A DNA stretch of 58,830 bases from the NCBI GenBank assembly GCA_018896645.1, contig JAHIMF010000062.1:1-58830 (forward strand), written 5' to 3'. The notes under the pieces were generated by a model. The model was not told the DNA's origin. It was given only the letters and a program-made list of their open reading frames with translations, and made no database searches. The position numbers were made by a program, and so were the translations under genes. The stretch is from Patescibacteria group bacterium (GTDB lineage Bacteria; Patescibacteriota; Patescibacteriia; UBA2591; JABMQE01). Position 1 is the first letter of the stretch; every line of letters begins with the position of its first letter. Of the stretch, positions 36,994 through 46,512 are shown piece by piece.

Positions 36994-37113
36994 ATTACTA
37001 CAAGTTACTACGAGTTACTACAAATTACGCGAGCCGAGCTGTAGCGAGGCGAGCTTATTACTATAAAACTGATTAAACTCCAAAGGCACAAATAAAAACA
37101 AACCAATTAGAAA

Positions 37114-37782
37114 CTACCCGCGCTTCGCCCTCACCGCAATCTTCTTCCGACTATGATCCTTTGTCTCCTCTTGAGTCTTTGCTGTGACCACATCAATCAG
37201 CACGATTTTTTCATTCTCAAAAATTGTATATAAAAACCTGTCTGTTAGCTGGTGTCGATATAAAAATTCTTTAGTGCTCATAACCGTATAGCGGATTTCC
37301 TGGCCCAGCTCTTTTTCAAAACGTTTAATTAAATCGGCTAGTTTTTTCTGATTAACGCGTCCAACAATTAACATATCAGTAGTTGCGTCCGCGACACCGG
37401 TAAAGCTACCGGTTAAAGCTAAATAATGGATAGCGCCAATATCCTTAATGTTCTCCATTAAAGAGGTTCGGAGCAAAAGCTGGGATTTCATAATCAAGCT
37501 CCGGAGCTCGTTATATAAAACAAAGCTGGTGTTGGCTTTATAATGAATCTTCTGGGTACCTTTTTCTTTTTTCTTCATCTTTTGAATCAGCCCTAAAGCT
37601 TCGAGATTATCGAGTTCCCGGCACACAGAATTGATATGCTCACTTATGCTCCTTGAAATTTCCCGAATATAAAAACCCTCGCCCCCCTCATCTAACAAAA
37701 ATAGACGCAAAAGCTTAACTCGCGTTTTAGAGCCAAACAGTTGCTCGAAAAAATAAAGAGCTGATTTTTTTGAAGATTTCAT
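37114..37782 (-). CDS. Winged-HTH plus nucleotidyltransferase-like protein
   Basis: LFGSKTRVKLL, YIREISR, NSV.RELDNL; GSF...DMLIVG. Confidence 0.7.
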   Translation of the reverse strand: MKSSKKSALYFFEQLFGSKTRVKLLRLFLLDEGGEGFYIREISRSISEHINSVCRELDNLEALGLIQKMKKKEKGTQKIHYKANTSFVLYNELRSLIMKSQLLLRTSLMENIKDIGAIHYLALTGSFTGVADATTDMLIVGRVNQKKLADLIKRFEKELGQEIRYTVMSTKEFLYRHQLTDRFLYTIFENEKIVLIDVVTAKTQEETKDHSRKKIAVRAKRG

Positions 37783-37894
37783 CTGGCTTGTGCTTTAATT
37801 AGTTAATTGTTAGTAATCAATATCTGTAGTATAATATAAATGTAGTTAAAAGGCAAGAATAATTGTCGTGTTGTTTGTGTAATTTAATGCAAGT

Positions 37895-37990
37895 GCAGCC
37901 AAAAAGCAAGAAAAACATTAAAGCATGAAAGCACGAGAGCAGAAAAGCAAAAGAATTTGTTTTAATGCTTTTATGTTTTAATGTTTTGAT
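37895..37990. repeat. Inverted 8-mer-arm element (AAAGCAT/ATGTTTT)
   Basis: AAAACATTAAAGCATGAAAGCA / TTTAATGCTTTTATGTTTTAATGTTTT. Confidence 0.65.
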
Positions 37991-37992
37991 GA

Positions 37993-40305
37993 ATGTACAA
38001 TCTCCAAGTTGCCAAATTAGTTATCTATAACTCTCAAAAGAGTCGTTCGCTCGTCTCTTGCTTTGTTACCCAGCCAAAAATCGGCGAAAAGGAGCGGGGC
38101 GGGCAAATTTTTGTTATCTCGGAAATCCAAAAGACCACATCCGAGTATACTTATCAAAAACTTATAGACAGCCTTATCAAATCAATGAAAGGCTATTATT
38201 ATAATGAAATCAACTATCGGGCCGGACCAATAGAACTTGTTTTTGAGGCTGCTCTGCAAAAAACTAATCAAGAATTAGGCTTTTATCTAACCAATAAAGA
38301 AAACGGCATCAATGACGATTTTCTGAATAATTTGAATGTCCTGGTTGGCGTGGCCCGCAACCATGAAATTCACTTTTCCTTGGCAGGCGATATCAAGGGA
38401 TATCTCATTAGAAAAAATAAAATTTCTGATATTGTTGCCGGCCCCGAAAAACTTCAGGGCCAACACCAAGAATCTCAAAAAATCAATCCCTTAAAAGTCT
38501 TTTCCCATGTGATTTCCGGACATTTGGAAACTGACGACGGCATACTGTTCTGCACCGAAAGCCTGTTGGACTACTTTTCTTTAGAAAAATTAAAAAAAAT
38601 CATTGCTGATAACCAGGCCTCTAAAGTCTGCCAAAACCTTCAGGATCTCTTAATAGAAATTGATGATAAATCTGCCTTGGCAGCTATTGCCTTAAAACTC
38701 CTGGCTACTCCCCAAATTGAGAAAAAAGGTCTATCATACCCGCCACATCACCCAGAAGAAAAGGGTTTCCCCGCGCTCCTAAAAAAAAGTGAAAAAAACA
38801 GCGTTCAAGACTCTATTGCTAAACTTTTGGATCAACAAACAGAAACTAATCAAATTATATCACCCCGCTTGGTTTCAAATCTAAAAAAAATATTTACCTC
38901 AAAACACACCCGACAGAAAAAAAGCAAAACATCCCAAGAAAAAACTATGTTTAGGACGATCAAGAATTACAGCCCGACTAATAATCTACCCAAAATTAAA
39001 CATTTCCCCGGCTATAAAATCACTCACAAATTTGGATCTATCCTAAAAATAGCGGCTGTGCCATTTGAACTTTTAGGCAAATTCTTTAAAAAAAACCCGG
39101 CCCGCTTTGATAAACTATCAACCAGCAGTTTAGAAAAAATCTCCAGCCAAGCCAGAACACCCAAAAAATATCTTCGCAGGCTCCCCCTGTCCAGTAAGGC
39201 TTTACTTTTTGTTTGCATTATCTTGGGCCTGCTTTTTATCCAAAGCATCTTTCTTCTAAATAAAAGACGGGATAACCAGCAAGATATCCAAACCTATAAC
39301 CAGCTGTTAGAGCAAGTGGAAACCATGCAAAACGAAACCGAAGCTTCTTTAATTTATAGCGACGAAGAAAAAGCGCGATTACTCCTTAAGAATATATTAG
39401 AATTAATCGCCGGCCTGCCGCAAAACACCGAGGAGAGAGCAGAAAAAGCCTCAACCTTGCTCGCAAAAGCTAATGCCCAGCTCAATCAACTTAATCGCCT
39501 AAGGACTATTAAAAACCCCAAGCAACTCTTGGACTTTAGCGCCCTGACCTTTTTTGCCGAAGAATTGCCGTCCGAAATAATCAAGTTACAAAAAAATATC
39601 TATACCTATCGCTCTCGCGATAATAGCTTTTATGTTATCAATCTAGGGACCGGGGAAATTGATAATCTTCAAAATTCCTCGGGCGAGATTGGCAAAATTA
39701 CTAAAATTAAAAAATTTGACGAATCCTCGTTTCTTCTTTATCACAACTTGGAGGGGGTTGCCAAGTTTGATACGAAAAAAAATACAATAATCTCTTTTGG
39801 ATTATCCAGCCGAGAAGATATTATCATAGCTGATGTAGCCGCTTATAATAATCAACTTTATGTCCTGGCCCCCAATAAGAACCTAATTTTAAAATACAGC
39901 CCAGTGGCTGGCAGCTTTAGCCGCGAAACCGAGTGGCTCAAAGATGGGACTGATATTAGAGAAGCAATATCTTTTATCATAGATAGCTCCCTTTGGATAC
40001 TTAAAGCCGATGGTTCAGTCATCAATTTGATGAAAGGGGTGGAAGCAGAGTTTACTAGGCCCACGATTGAGCCTCTGCTTATTGGGCCCACAAAAATCTG
40101 GACAGATGCTGACTCTAAAAATCTTTACATCTTGGATTCTCCCAGCAAAAGAATTGTCATCATCACTAAAGAGGGCATACTTAAAGAACAGCTCACCAGC
40201 AAATCGTTCGCTGATTTAAAAGATTTTGTGGTTGACGAGGAAGCCGGGAAAATCTATGTTTTAGCGGGCGCCAAAATCTACGAGGTAGACCTCGGTCTTG
40301 AATAA
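37993..40305 (+). CDS. Membrane protein with degenerate PP2C-like N-domain and C-terminal beta-propeller
   Basis: GDIKGYLIR, SGHLE.DD.ILFCT; one TM; YVL / YILD / IYVL propeller blades. Confidence 0.6.
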   Translation: MYNLQVAKLVIYNSQKSRSLVSCFVTQPKIGEKERGGQIFVISEIQKTTSEYTYQKLIDSLIKSMKGYYYNEINYRAGPIELVFEAALQKTNQELGFYLTNKENGINDDFLNNLNVLVGVARNHEIHFSLAGDIKGYLIRKNKISDIVAGPEKLQGQHQESQKINPLKVFSHVISGHLETDDGILFCTESLLDYFSLEKLKKIIADNQASKVCQNLQDLLIEIDDKSALAAIALKLLATPQIEKKGLSYPPHHPEEKGFPALLKKSEKNSVQDSIAKLLDQQTETNQIISPRLVSNLKKIFTSKHTRQKKSKTSQEKTMFRTIKNYSPTNNLPKIKHFPGYKITHKFGSILKIAAVPFELLGKFFKKNPARFDKLSTSSLEKISSQARTPKKYLRRLPLSSKALLFVCIILGLLFIQSIFLLNKRRDNQQDIQTYNQLLEQVETMQNETEASLIYSDEEKARLLLKNILELIAGLPQNTEERAEKASTLLAKANAQLNQLNRLRTIKNPKQLLDFSALTFFAEELPSEIIKLQKNIYTYRSRDNSFYVINLGTGEIDNLQNSSGEIGKITKIKKFDESSFLLYHNLEGVAKFDTKKNTIISFGLSSREDIIIADVAAYNNQLYVLAPNKNLILKYSPVAGSFSRETEWLKDGTDIREAISFIIDSSLWILKADGSVINLMKGVEAEFTRPTIEPLLIGPTKIWTDADSKNLYILDSPSKRIVIITKEGILKEQLTSKSFADLKDFVVDEEAGKIYVLAGAKIYEVDLGLE

Positions 40306-40362
40306 TAACCAGAAAGCCAGCAAGTGTTTGCCGGCCTTCTTAAATTTTTTATATATAATAAT

Positions 40363-40384
40363 GAACCATTCGCACGAATGGTTC
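40363..40384. repeat. 22-bp palindrome, copy 2
   Basis: GAACCATTCG-CA-CGAATGGTTC. Confidence 0.7.
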
Positions 40385-40422
40385 ATTACTTTTTCAGAAT
40401 GAAAAATAATTTTTTTTAGAGC

Positions 40423-40941
40423 TTACTTCAAGCTCACTTTCGCCCCAGCTTCTTCCAATTTCTTCTTCATCTTTTCGGCTTCTTCTTTAGCTACGGCTTC
40501 TTTAACCATCTTTGGCGCCGCTTCAACCAAATCCTTGGCGTCTTTAAGGCCAAGTTCGGTTAATTCGCGAACAGCTTTAATCACGCCGATTTTGTTGCCT
40601 CCGATTTCGGTTAACTCCACATTAAAGCTGGATTTTTCTTCAGCTTCTTCACCTGCCCCGGCGCCTGTAGCGCCAGCCGCGGCAACTGCCACCGGAGCCG
40701 CAGCGGACACGCCGAATTTCTTTTCCAAAATCTTCACCAATTCTGCCAAATCCAGCACTGACATTTTCTCGATCTCCTCAATTAGGGACTTGAATTTATC
40801 AGGTACTTCAACTTCTGTCTCTTCTTCAGTTGATTCTTTGGCTGTTGGCGCATCAGCCTTTTTAGTTTCTTCTGGCTTTTGCTCTTCTTGAATAGGAGCA
40901 CTTTGTTGATCGTCTGTTTTTTGATTATTGTCTTCTGCCAT
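40423..40941 (-). CDS. rplL: 50S ribosomal protein L7/L12 with acidic N-terminal extension
   Basis: [38 protein letters not shown]. Confidence 0.97.
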   Translation of the reverse strand: MAEDNNQKTDDQQSAPIQEEQKPEETKKADAPTAKESTEEETEVEVPDKFKSLIEEIEKMSVLDLAELVKILEKKFGVSAAAPVAVAAAGATGAGAGEEAEEKSSFNVELTEIGGNKIGVIKAVRELTELGLKDAKDLVEAAPKMVKEAVAKEEAEKMKKKLEEAGAKVSLK

Positions 40942-40977
40942 AGTTTTAACTTTAATTATTAATTATTAATTATTAAA

Positions 40978-41502
40978 TCATGCTTTCGACTCCCGAATCG
41001 CATCTAATACCCGCACTAATCCACGCAAATTACCAGCCATAACATTAACAAACCCAGAAATCGGAGCTTTGATTGAACCCACAAGCCGTGCCAACAGTTC
41101 ATCCCTATTGGGTAGCTTAGCCAATTCCCCCACTTTCGCCGTGTCAATAAATTTTTGTTCTAAAATCCCGCCCTGGATTTTCAGGGCCTCGTGTTGCTTA
41201 GCAAAATCCGCCATTATTTTGGCCGGCGTTACTTCGTCCTCACTGCTCACGGCAAAGCTCATCGGACCTTCCATGGCTTTGATATCAACATCCGAAAACT
41301 TAGAATTTTTTAAAGCAATGTCAAAAAGCGAGCGTTTGATTACTAACAAACGGGTATTTGCTTCCCGGAGCTTACTCCGCAGGTCTTCCATTTCGGAAAC
41401 TTTAAGCCCAGAATAGTCAGCGAAAACAGCGCCCTTGACATCCTCTAAGGTTTGTTCTAAATCCTTTACAATTTCTTTTTTTTGTTGTTTAGTCTTAGCC
41501 AT
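40978..41502 (-). CDS. rplJ: 50S ribosomal protein L10
   Basis: DYSGLKV.EM..LR..LR, LAKLPNRDELLARL. Confidence 0.97.
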   Translation of the reverse strand: MAKTKQQKKEIVKDLEQTLEDVKGAVFADYSGLKVSEMEDLRSKLREANTRLLVIKRSLFDIALKNSKFSDVDIKAMEGPMSFAVSSEDEVTPAKIMADFAKQHEALKIQGGILEQKFIDTAKVGELAKLPNRDELLARLVGSIKAPISGFVNVMAGNLRGLVRVLDAIRESKA

Positions 41503-41552
41503 AAGTCAATATTTATTATTTACTATTTACTATTTATTATTCATTAAACAAA

Positions 41553-41646
41553 AATCTGCGATTTTAAGCCGCAGAATATCTGAAAAAACACATTCTTGCC
41601 TGAATAGGTTTTACATGCCTTAGCACTACCTATTTTCTGCGGCTAC
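41553..41646 (-). promoter_or_regulatory. L10 leader (rplJ autoregulatory RNA)
   Basis: Minus strand GCCGCAGAAAATAGG...TAAAACCTATTCAGG...TCTGCGGC, matching L10-leader architecture upstream of rplJ. Confidence 0.7.
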
Positions 41647-41754
41647 ATATTGTTGTTATCAGTATAGCAAATGCTAAAAAATATGTCAAGCTTTAAGGTG
41701 TAACCATACCAACCCTAATGCTTGACATTCTTGGTTGCCTTGGCATGTCTGAGT

Positions 41755-41827
41755 CCCGCCCGCCGAAGCCCTGAGCTTGCCTCTCGGCCATGAGCTCGAG
41801 GCCGAATGGTCGAAGGGCGCAGGCGGG
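41755..41827. repeat. GC-rich nested palindrome (GCTCGAGGCYGAATGG family)
   Basis: CCCGCC..GCCCT..CTCGGCCAT..GCTCGAGGCCGAATGG..AGGGC..GGCGGG; relatives at 9590-9650 and 19404-19488. Confidence 0.65.
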
Positions 41828-42229
41828 TCAACTATTGACTGCTTCCGGCTTTAAATCGTCTAGCGTCGGGAATATTTTGAGCTCAATAATTCTTCTTTCT
41901 TCTTCCTGGACCAGCAAGCCCTTCCGCCTCAAAGCCCTATTAGCGATTAAAGCTTTTTCATCTATTTTTCTGTCCCGCACAACTGTATCGCCTTTTAAAT
42001 CTGCTAATTTTTCATCAAGGTAATCTTTGGTTACCATTTGATTGTCTACATGGTCAATCTTTTTCTCTAGTCTTTGCTCTACGTGGTCAATCTTTTTCTC
42101 TAGTCTTTGCTCTACATGGTCAATCTTTTTGTAAACATCGTCAAAAGAGGGTTTTATGTATTTTATAACCCCATCCTCAAAACTTTCATCAAAAATTCCT
42201 TTTATTTGTTTTAAGTCTTCTTTTTGCAT
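41828..42229 (-). CDS. Coiled-coil protein with 11-aa repeats
   Basis: (KKIDHVEQRLE)x2 plus a partial copy, VTKDYLDEK; leaderless promoter TTGACT-17-TATAAT at 42236-42264. Confidence 0.65.
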   Translation of the reverse strand: MQKEDLKQIKGIFDESFEDGVIKYIKPSFDDVYKKIDHVEQRLEKKIDHVEQRLEKKIDHVDNQMVTKDYLDEKLADLKGDTVVRDRKIDEKALIANRALRRKGLLVQEEERRIIELKIFPTLDDLKPEAVNS

Positions 42230-42333
42230 ATTTCTATTATAAAGTAAAATTTATCCACAGTCAAATTATGGGGTAAAATAAAGGGACTCCCACTGAAGTC
42301 CCTTGTGCTTGATAACATGTCATTCGTCAATCT

Positions 42334-42585
42334 TTAAGTTTCCTTACCCTGGCTTTCTCTGGTGATCACATTACCTTGAGCAGTATTTACACTGTTCCCA
42401 ATCATGGCGTCCCCCAGCCATTGGATGTTGCCCTCATCATATTCCTCCACAATGAAGGCGCCGTGGGTGTCTTCATGACTTAAAGAAAAGCCGTGCCTCT
42501 TGCAGGCATCGACAATCTCTCCTAAAAAGGCTTCAACCAACCAATCTTCAACCCTCGCCTCTCTACCTAAATGAAACCGTTTCAA
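42334..42585 (-). CDS. Hypothetical protein
   Basis: AGGAGGAGG SD; SLSHED.HGAFIVE.YDE.NI.W; terminator at 42280-42304. Confidence 0.55.
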   Translation of the reverse strand: MKRFHLGREARVEDWLVEAFLGEIVDACKRHGFSLSHEDTHGAFIVEEYDEGNIQWLGDAMIGNSVNTAQGNVITRESQGKET

Positions 42586-42617
42586 TGTCCTCCTCCTTTC
42601 CGTAAATTAACCTGACC

Positions 42618-43331
42618 CTATTTAATGATTGTGCCTTTAAATTTCTTGCCCCCTAAAAACTTCTTAAAATTATCAAGATTAGTGCCTTTCATAATCGCCA
42701 CTTCAAGTTTCAGCTTAGCCGCAAGCTTAGCCGCAATCGGATCAAAAGGAGAGTTCATTCTGGGAATCCATTTGCCGCCGATTAGCTTTTTATACTCATC
42801 CCAGGTCATTTTTTTAATTGGCTTGGCATCTTTGACTTTACGCGGGTCAGCAGTATAAACATAGTCAATATTTGTTAAGTTGACGATTGTCTTGGCGCCT
42901 AAATTTTTAGCGATTAAAACCGCGTCTTTATCTGATGAGCAACCGGGCTTCCAGCCGCAGCCAATGATTATTTTTTTGTTGGTCTTCCCGCCAGAGGCGG
43001 ACCAGCCTCGGGCTGGAATTTTTTTGGTAGGGTCTGTTATTATTTTTTCATAAGCATAATCACCAAATATTGAGCGGACCAATTCAGCGTTGGCGCGGGT
43101 AAAGGAGATACCGAGCCAATCCAAATCAATCGGCTTGATCTTAGCAATCTTTTGGGCAAACCCGTTATAGAGTTTATTTATCTTGCCGCCGCCGGTAATG
43201 ATGGCTGCTCTATTACCACGCTTTGTGTAATCTAAAATTAACTGGCGGAATTTTTTAAGAAATTTGACATCAACTTTGTCTGGGGCGGGAATGATGATTG
43301 AGCCGCCAAGGGAGATGATGAGGGTTTTCAT
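42618..43331 (-). CDS. pyrH: UMP kinase, archaeal type, with 10-aa palindrome insertion
   Basis: ISLGGS, TGGG, PG.SSD..A, TNIDYVYTADP, PFDPIAAKLA. Confidence 0.92.
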   Translation of the reverse strand: MKTLIISLGGSIIIPAPDKVDVKFLKKFRQLILDYTKRGNRAAIITGGGKINKLYNGFAQKIAKIKPIDLDWLGISFTRANAELVRSIFGDYAYEKIITDPTKKIPARGWSASGGKTNKKIIIGCGWKPGCSSDKDAVLIAKNLGAKTIVNLTNIDYVYTADPRKVKDAKPIKKMTWDEYKKLIGGKWIPRMNSPFDPIAAKLAAKLKLEVAIMKGTNLDNFKKFLGGKKFKGTIIK

Positions 43332-43393
43332 GGATTTGCTATTTATTGTTTAACATTTATTGCCTATACCTATTTTTATCAAAACCCAAAACA

Positions 43394-43627
43394 TTATAAC
43401 CTCTTTTTTAAACTGAACTTAGTATCTTCTGGATAATTATGTTTAATATGCTCAAATGCTTTTATCTCGGCTACTTTGTATGCCTCCTCTTTGGTAGAAT
43501 ATTCTCCTGACAAATAATATGGAGTATCGTTTAATTCGCCATCACAGTATGTCTGGATTTGAAAATTTGCTTTGAATTTTCCATTTTTCAATTTTTGCGC
43601 AATAAGTTGGACAGTTAGATGTGTCAT
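43394..43627 (-). CDS. Hypothetical protein
   Basis: 77-aa ORF downstream of the R-M pair. Confidence 0.45.
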   Translation of the reverse strand: MTHLTVQLIAQKLKNGKFKANFQIQTYCDGELNDTPYYLSGEYSTKEEAYKVAEIKAFEHIKHNYPEDTKFSLKKRL

Positions 43628-43729
43628 AATGAAGTAAATATTTTTCTTTTAAATCTTGTTTTTCAATTGTAGCTTTTTGGTCACTCATATATTTTTACTT
43701 CCAAAACTCCAAGCTCTCCGCTTTAAAAT

Positions 43730-44758
43730 TTATGCCACATTCACTTGATTGAAAATAAGGTTGAACATATTTTCTTGCGTATTTGGCCATTTAAATAATT
43801 CTGTTTCTTTATTGGCAGTGGCTTTTATTTTTTTGAATCTGCCCAATCTTTCTTTAGATATTTTAATATACTCTGGATTTATATCTATTCCGATATAGTT
43901 TAAACCCAATTTTTTGGCGGCTACTGCGGTTGTGCCACTGCCAATAAAGGGGTCTAAAACAATTGCGTCCTTGTAAAACGCGGACAGTTTTATTATATAC
44001 TCGCAAATTTCAAGGGGCTTTACGGTTTTGTGGCCATTGCTCTCCCCTTTTTCCCGCTTATTTGGCTTGCCGATTAGAAAATGCTTGTCAATAATTTCAT
44101 TTATATTATCAACAGCTAATACGTTGGACGGAAACATATTATCTCCCACTCTAACTTCTGTATTTAACAGCCCTACATTATTTTTAATCATATTTTTTAA
44201 AAAGGTTCCATCTGTTGGTTTTTGGGCCATAACAATCGGTTCAAAACAAGATCTTATTTGGGGGGTTTTCCAACCATTATACTTTTCTATTAGCTTGTCC
44301 TTCTCCTCTTTTTTTATGTTTAATTTATTTATAAAATGGTCTAAACTCATTGCTTTGGCTTGGTTTTGCGTATATAGCCATAAAAAACAATCTCTTATCT
44401 CAAAACCAACATCATCTATCGCGCTTGCCATTCTATGATATAATCTCGGACTTGAAAATGAAAAGAAAAAACCGCCAGGCTTTAAAACTTTGAACAATCT
44501 CTTGGAGATTTCTAAATACCATTTGTAAAACTCAACTCCCTGTTTTCTGTCAAACTTCATGCCGGAGGGCAGGGATTTAATAACCCTTTGGTTTTTTTTA
44601 TTGGCGACTTTCTTATGTTCCCAATTATTATCTAATTTGTCTAAAAAATATGGCGGGTCTGTCAATACCAAATCTATTGAATTTTTATCAATTTTTTCTA
44701 AAATTTCTAAAGCGTCTCCCAATACAATTTTATTTATTAAATTTTTATTTTTTTTCAT
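43730..44758 (-). CDS. N4C/N6A DNA methyltransferase (beta class)
   Basis: TDPPY motif IV before HKTVKP and DPFIGSGTT motif I; GAGGAGGT SD. Confidence 0.93.
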   Translation of the reverse strand: MKKNKNLINKIVLGDALEILEKIDKNSIDLVLTDPPYFLDKLDNNWEHKKVANKKNQRVIKSLPSGMKFDRKQGVEFYKWYLEISKRLFKVLKPGGFFFSFSSPRLYHRMASAIDDVGFEIRDCFLWLYTQNQAKAMSLDHFINKLNIKKEEKDKLIEKYNGWKTPQIRSCFEPIVMAQKPTDGTFLKNMIKNNVGLLNTEVRVGDNMFPSNVLAVDNINEIIDKHFLIGKPNKREKGESNGHKTVKPLEICEYIIKLSAFYKDAIVLDPFIGSGTTAVAAKKLGLNYIGIDINPEYIKISKERLGRFKKIKATANKETELFKWPNTQENMFNLIFNQVNVA

Positions 44759-45491
44759 GGGGACCTCCTCTATTAAATTCTTTGTGAAGTATTTTATAAA
44801 TTTTTTGCCTAACATCTTTATCAAAGTTTTTCACAAAATTTGCATCAGCTAATTTTATAACCCGGCCATTATCGTCATAAACCCATCTATTTCTGTCTCC
44901 CCTGTTGCACTTTTGGCATTGGGGAATGGTATTTCCAGCAGCCAAGGGCTTATTTGGATCTTTATGGGCTTTTTGGAGTTTAGTTTTTGTCCCTGACCAA
45001 TGAAAGTGGGGTTTATTTTCCCGTGAACCACACGTAGCGCATCTAAAGCCATATTGTTCTTTAATTTTTAGCCAATTACCTGTCTCCGTGACCCTATGAC
45101 CCCTTTTGAAGCTGGGGTATGACTCTTCTAAGCTATAAAGTTGATAATTTCCTTTTTTAACTGTTAAAACGATATTATCTCTTCCGCCAGCAACAATCCA
45201 CCAACCGTCTTGAGCTCCCAAATGCCTTGCTTGCTGAACATCATTAGTTTCGGGATAAAATTTTCTCACGAATTGTGTCAATTCTGTTTTTGTTATTTCT
45301 CTAGTTTTTGGATAACCCAAAGAAAGATAAATTAAAACTAAGGCATTCTTGGTAATCTTTTTATTTTTATCATACAGTTTAGGCAATTTCACACCAAACT
45401 TTTTCAGATATTTACTGTGATATTCTTTAATAAATTTGTACTGTTTATTAATGTTCGCTTTTGTTAATTTTAAGAAAGCCATGTTTCTCAC
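44745..45491 (-). CDS. HNH-type putative type II restriction endonuclease
   Basis: CATCG...KAHKDP...NTIPQCQKCN; overlaps the methyltransferase start. Confidence 0.75.
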   Translation of the reverse strand: MRNMAFLKLTKANINKQYKFIKEYHSKYLKKFGVKLPKLYDKNKKITKNALVLIYLSLGYPKTREITKTELTQFVRKFYPETNDVQQARHLGAQDGWWIVAGGRDNIVLTVKKGNYQLYSLEESYPSFKRGHRVTETGNWLKIKEQYGFRCATCGSRENKPHFHWSGTKTKLQKAHKDPNKPLAAGNTIPQCQKCNRGDRNRWVYDDNGRVIKLADANFVKNFDKDVRQKIYKILHKEFNRGGPHEKK

Positions 45492-45643
45492 GTTAAATGT
45501 TAATTTCTATAATACTGGAATTTTATTAATAAATTTATTCGTCTTTATACTTTTATTTTACTTTATTACTCATTAAAAATCAATATCAAAATGCCATTTT
45601 TTTATGACATTTTTACATAAAAATAAATTTTAATCAAGTTTTT

Positions 45644-45919
45644 TCAAAACCTGGTCTTTATCTCCAGCCTTTCTTTGACTAATTTTATCGCCTGTTCCCA
45701 CTTTTCCTTGTCCCCTGATTCAACCAATGGCCTAATTTCCGAATCAAAAGTTATTAAATCCGAAACTCGCTCTGCATATTCTTTTACCCATTCAAACTGG
45801 GCATCATGTTCGTGTTCTTTAACGCCCATTATCCTCATTAACTATATTTGAAAATGATTTTTGATTTTAACGTCCAAAGGTGAAAATTCAGCTGATTGTA
45901 TAGGAGTTGTTTCTAACAT
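45644..45919 (-). pseudogene. Paralog A of a small helical protein, internal TAG at 45842-45844
   Basis: MLETTPIQSAEFSPLDVKIKNHFQI*LMRIMGVK...WEQAIKLVKERLE. Confidence 0.7.
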
Positions 45920-45957
45920 AAAACAATAAGTTAATTTATTTTAGTAAAAGACAATTG

Positions 45958-46221
45958 TTAAATTCCTTGCTCGGCCTCCTTTTCCATTTTGTCTAAGCGG
46001 GTGTAATAATCCGGAAATTCGTTAAGATGGGCCAGGGCGATCTTGCCAGTGGTTAAGGGGTCGTCATTGCTGACATTGGTTGCCGGATCCACTGTGCCGT
46101 GCTCAAGTTCCACATCCATACCCATCAGGAATTGCTCAACATCAAACTTGGTCCAGTCAAGACCTAATTTTTCGCCAATTTCTTTGGCTTGTTCGCTGGT
46201 AAAGTGTTGTTGGGTGCTCAT
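45958..46221 (-). CDS. DUF5661-family protein
   Basis: GMDVELEH, KIALAHLNEFPDYYTRL. Confidence 0.8.
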   Translation of the reverse strand: MSTQQHFTSEQAKEIGEKLGLDWTKFDVEQFLMGMDVELEHGTVDPATNVSNDDPLTTGKIALAHLNEFPDYYTRLDKMEKEAEQGI

Positions 46222-46512
46222 AAAATTATTCCTAAATAAATTAAAACTAAGCTGTCTTTATTGTACACGAAATTTGAAAAATAAAAAAGAGCCCAACTTA
46301 AGACTCATGAATTTGAGAAGAGGAGGGGCGGTAGGGTAAGGGGGAAAATTGAGAAAAAAGAAAGTTGAACAGCTGCCCCCTTAAACCCTACCGCCTTGAA
46401 ATGAGATGCTCGAGAGACAATGCGCAAAAGCACATGTCCCTCGAGCCCCTGGCTGCTCTTTTTGGCAGCCAATGCTAGTCTCGGATGCCCGAGACTAGCA
46501 TTGGCTCCCAAT

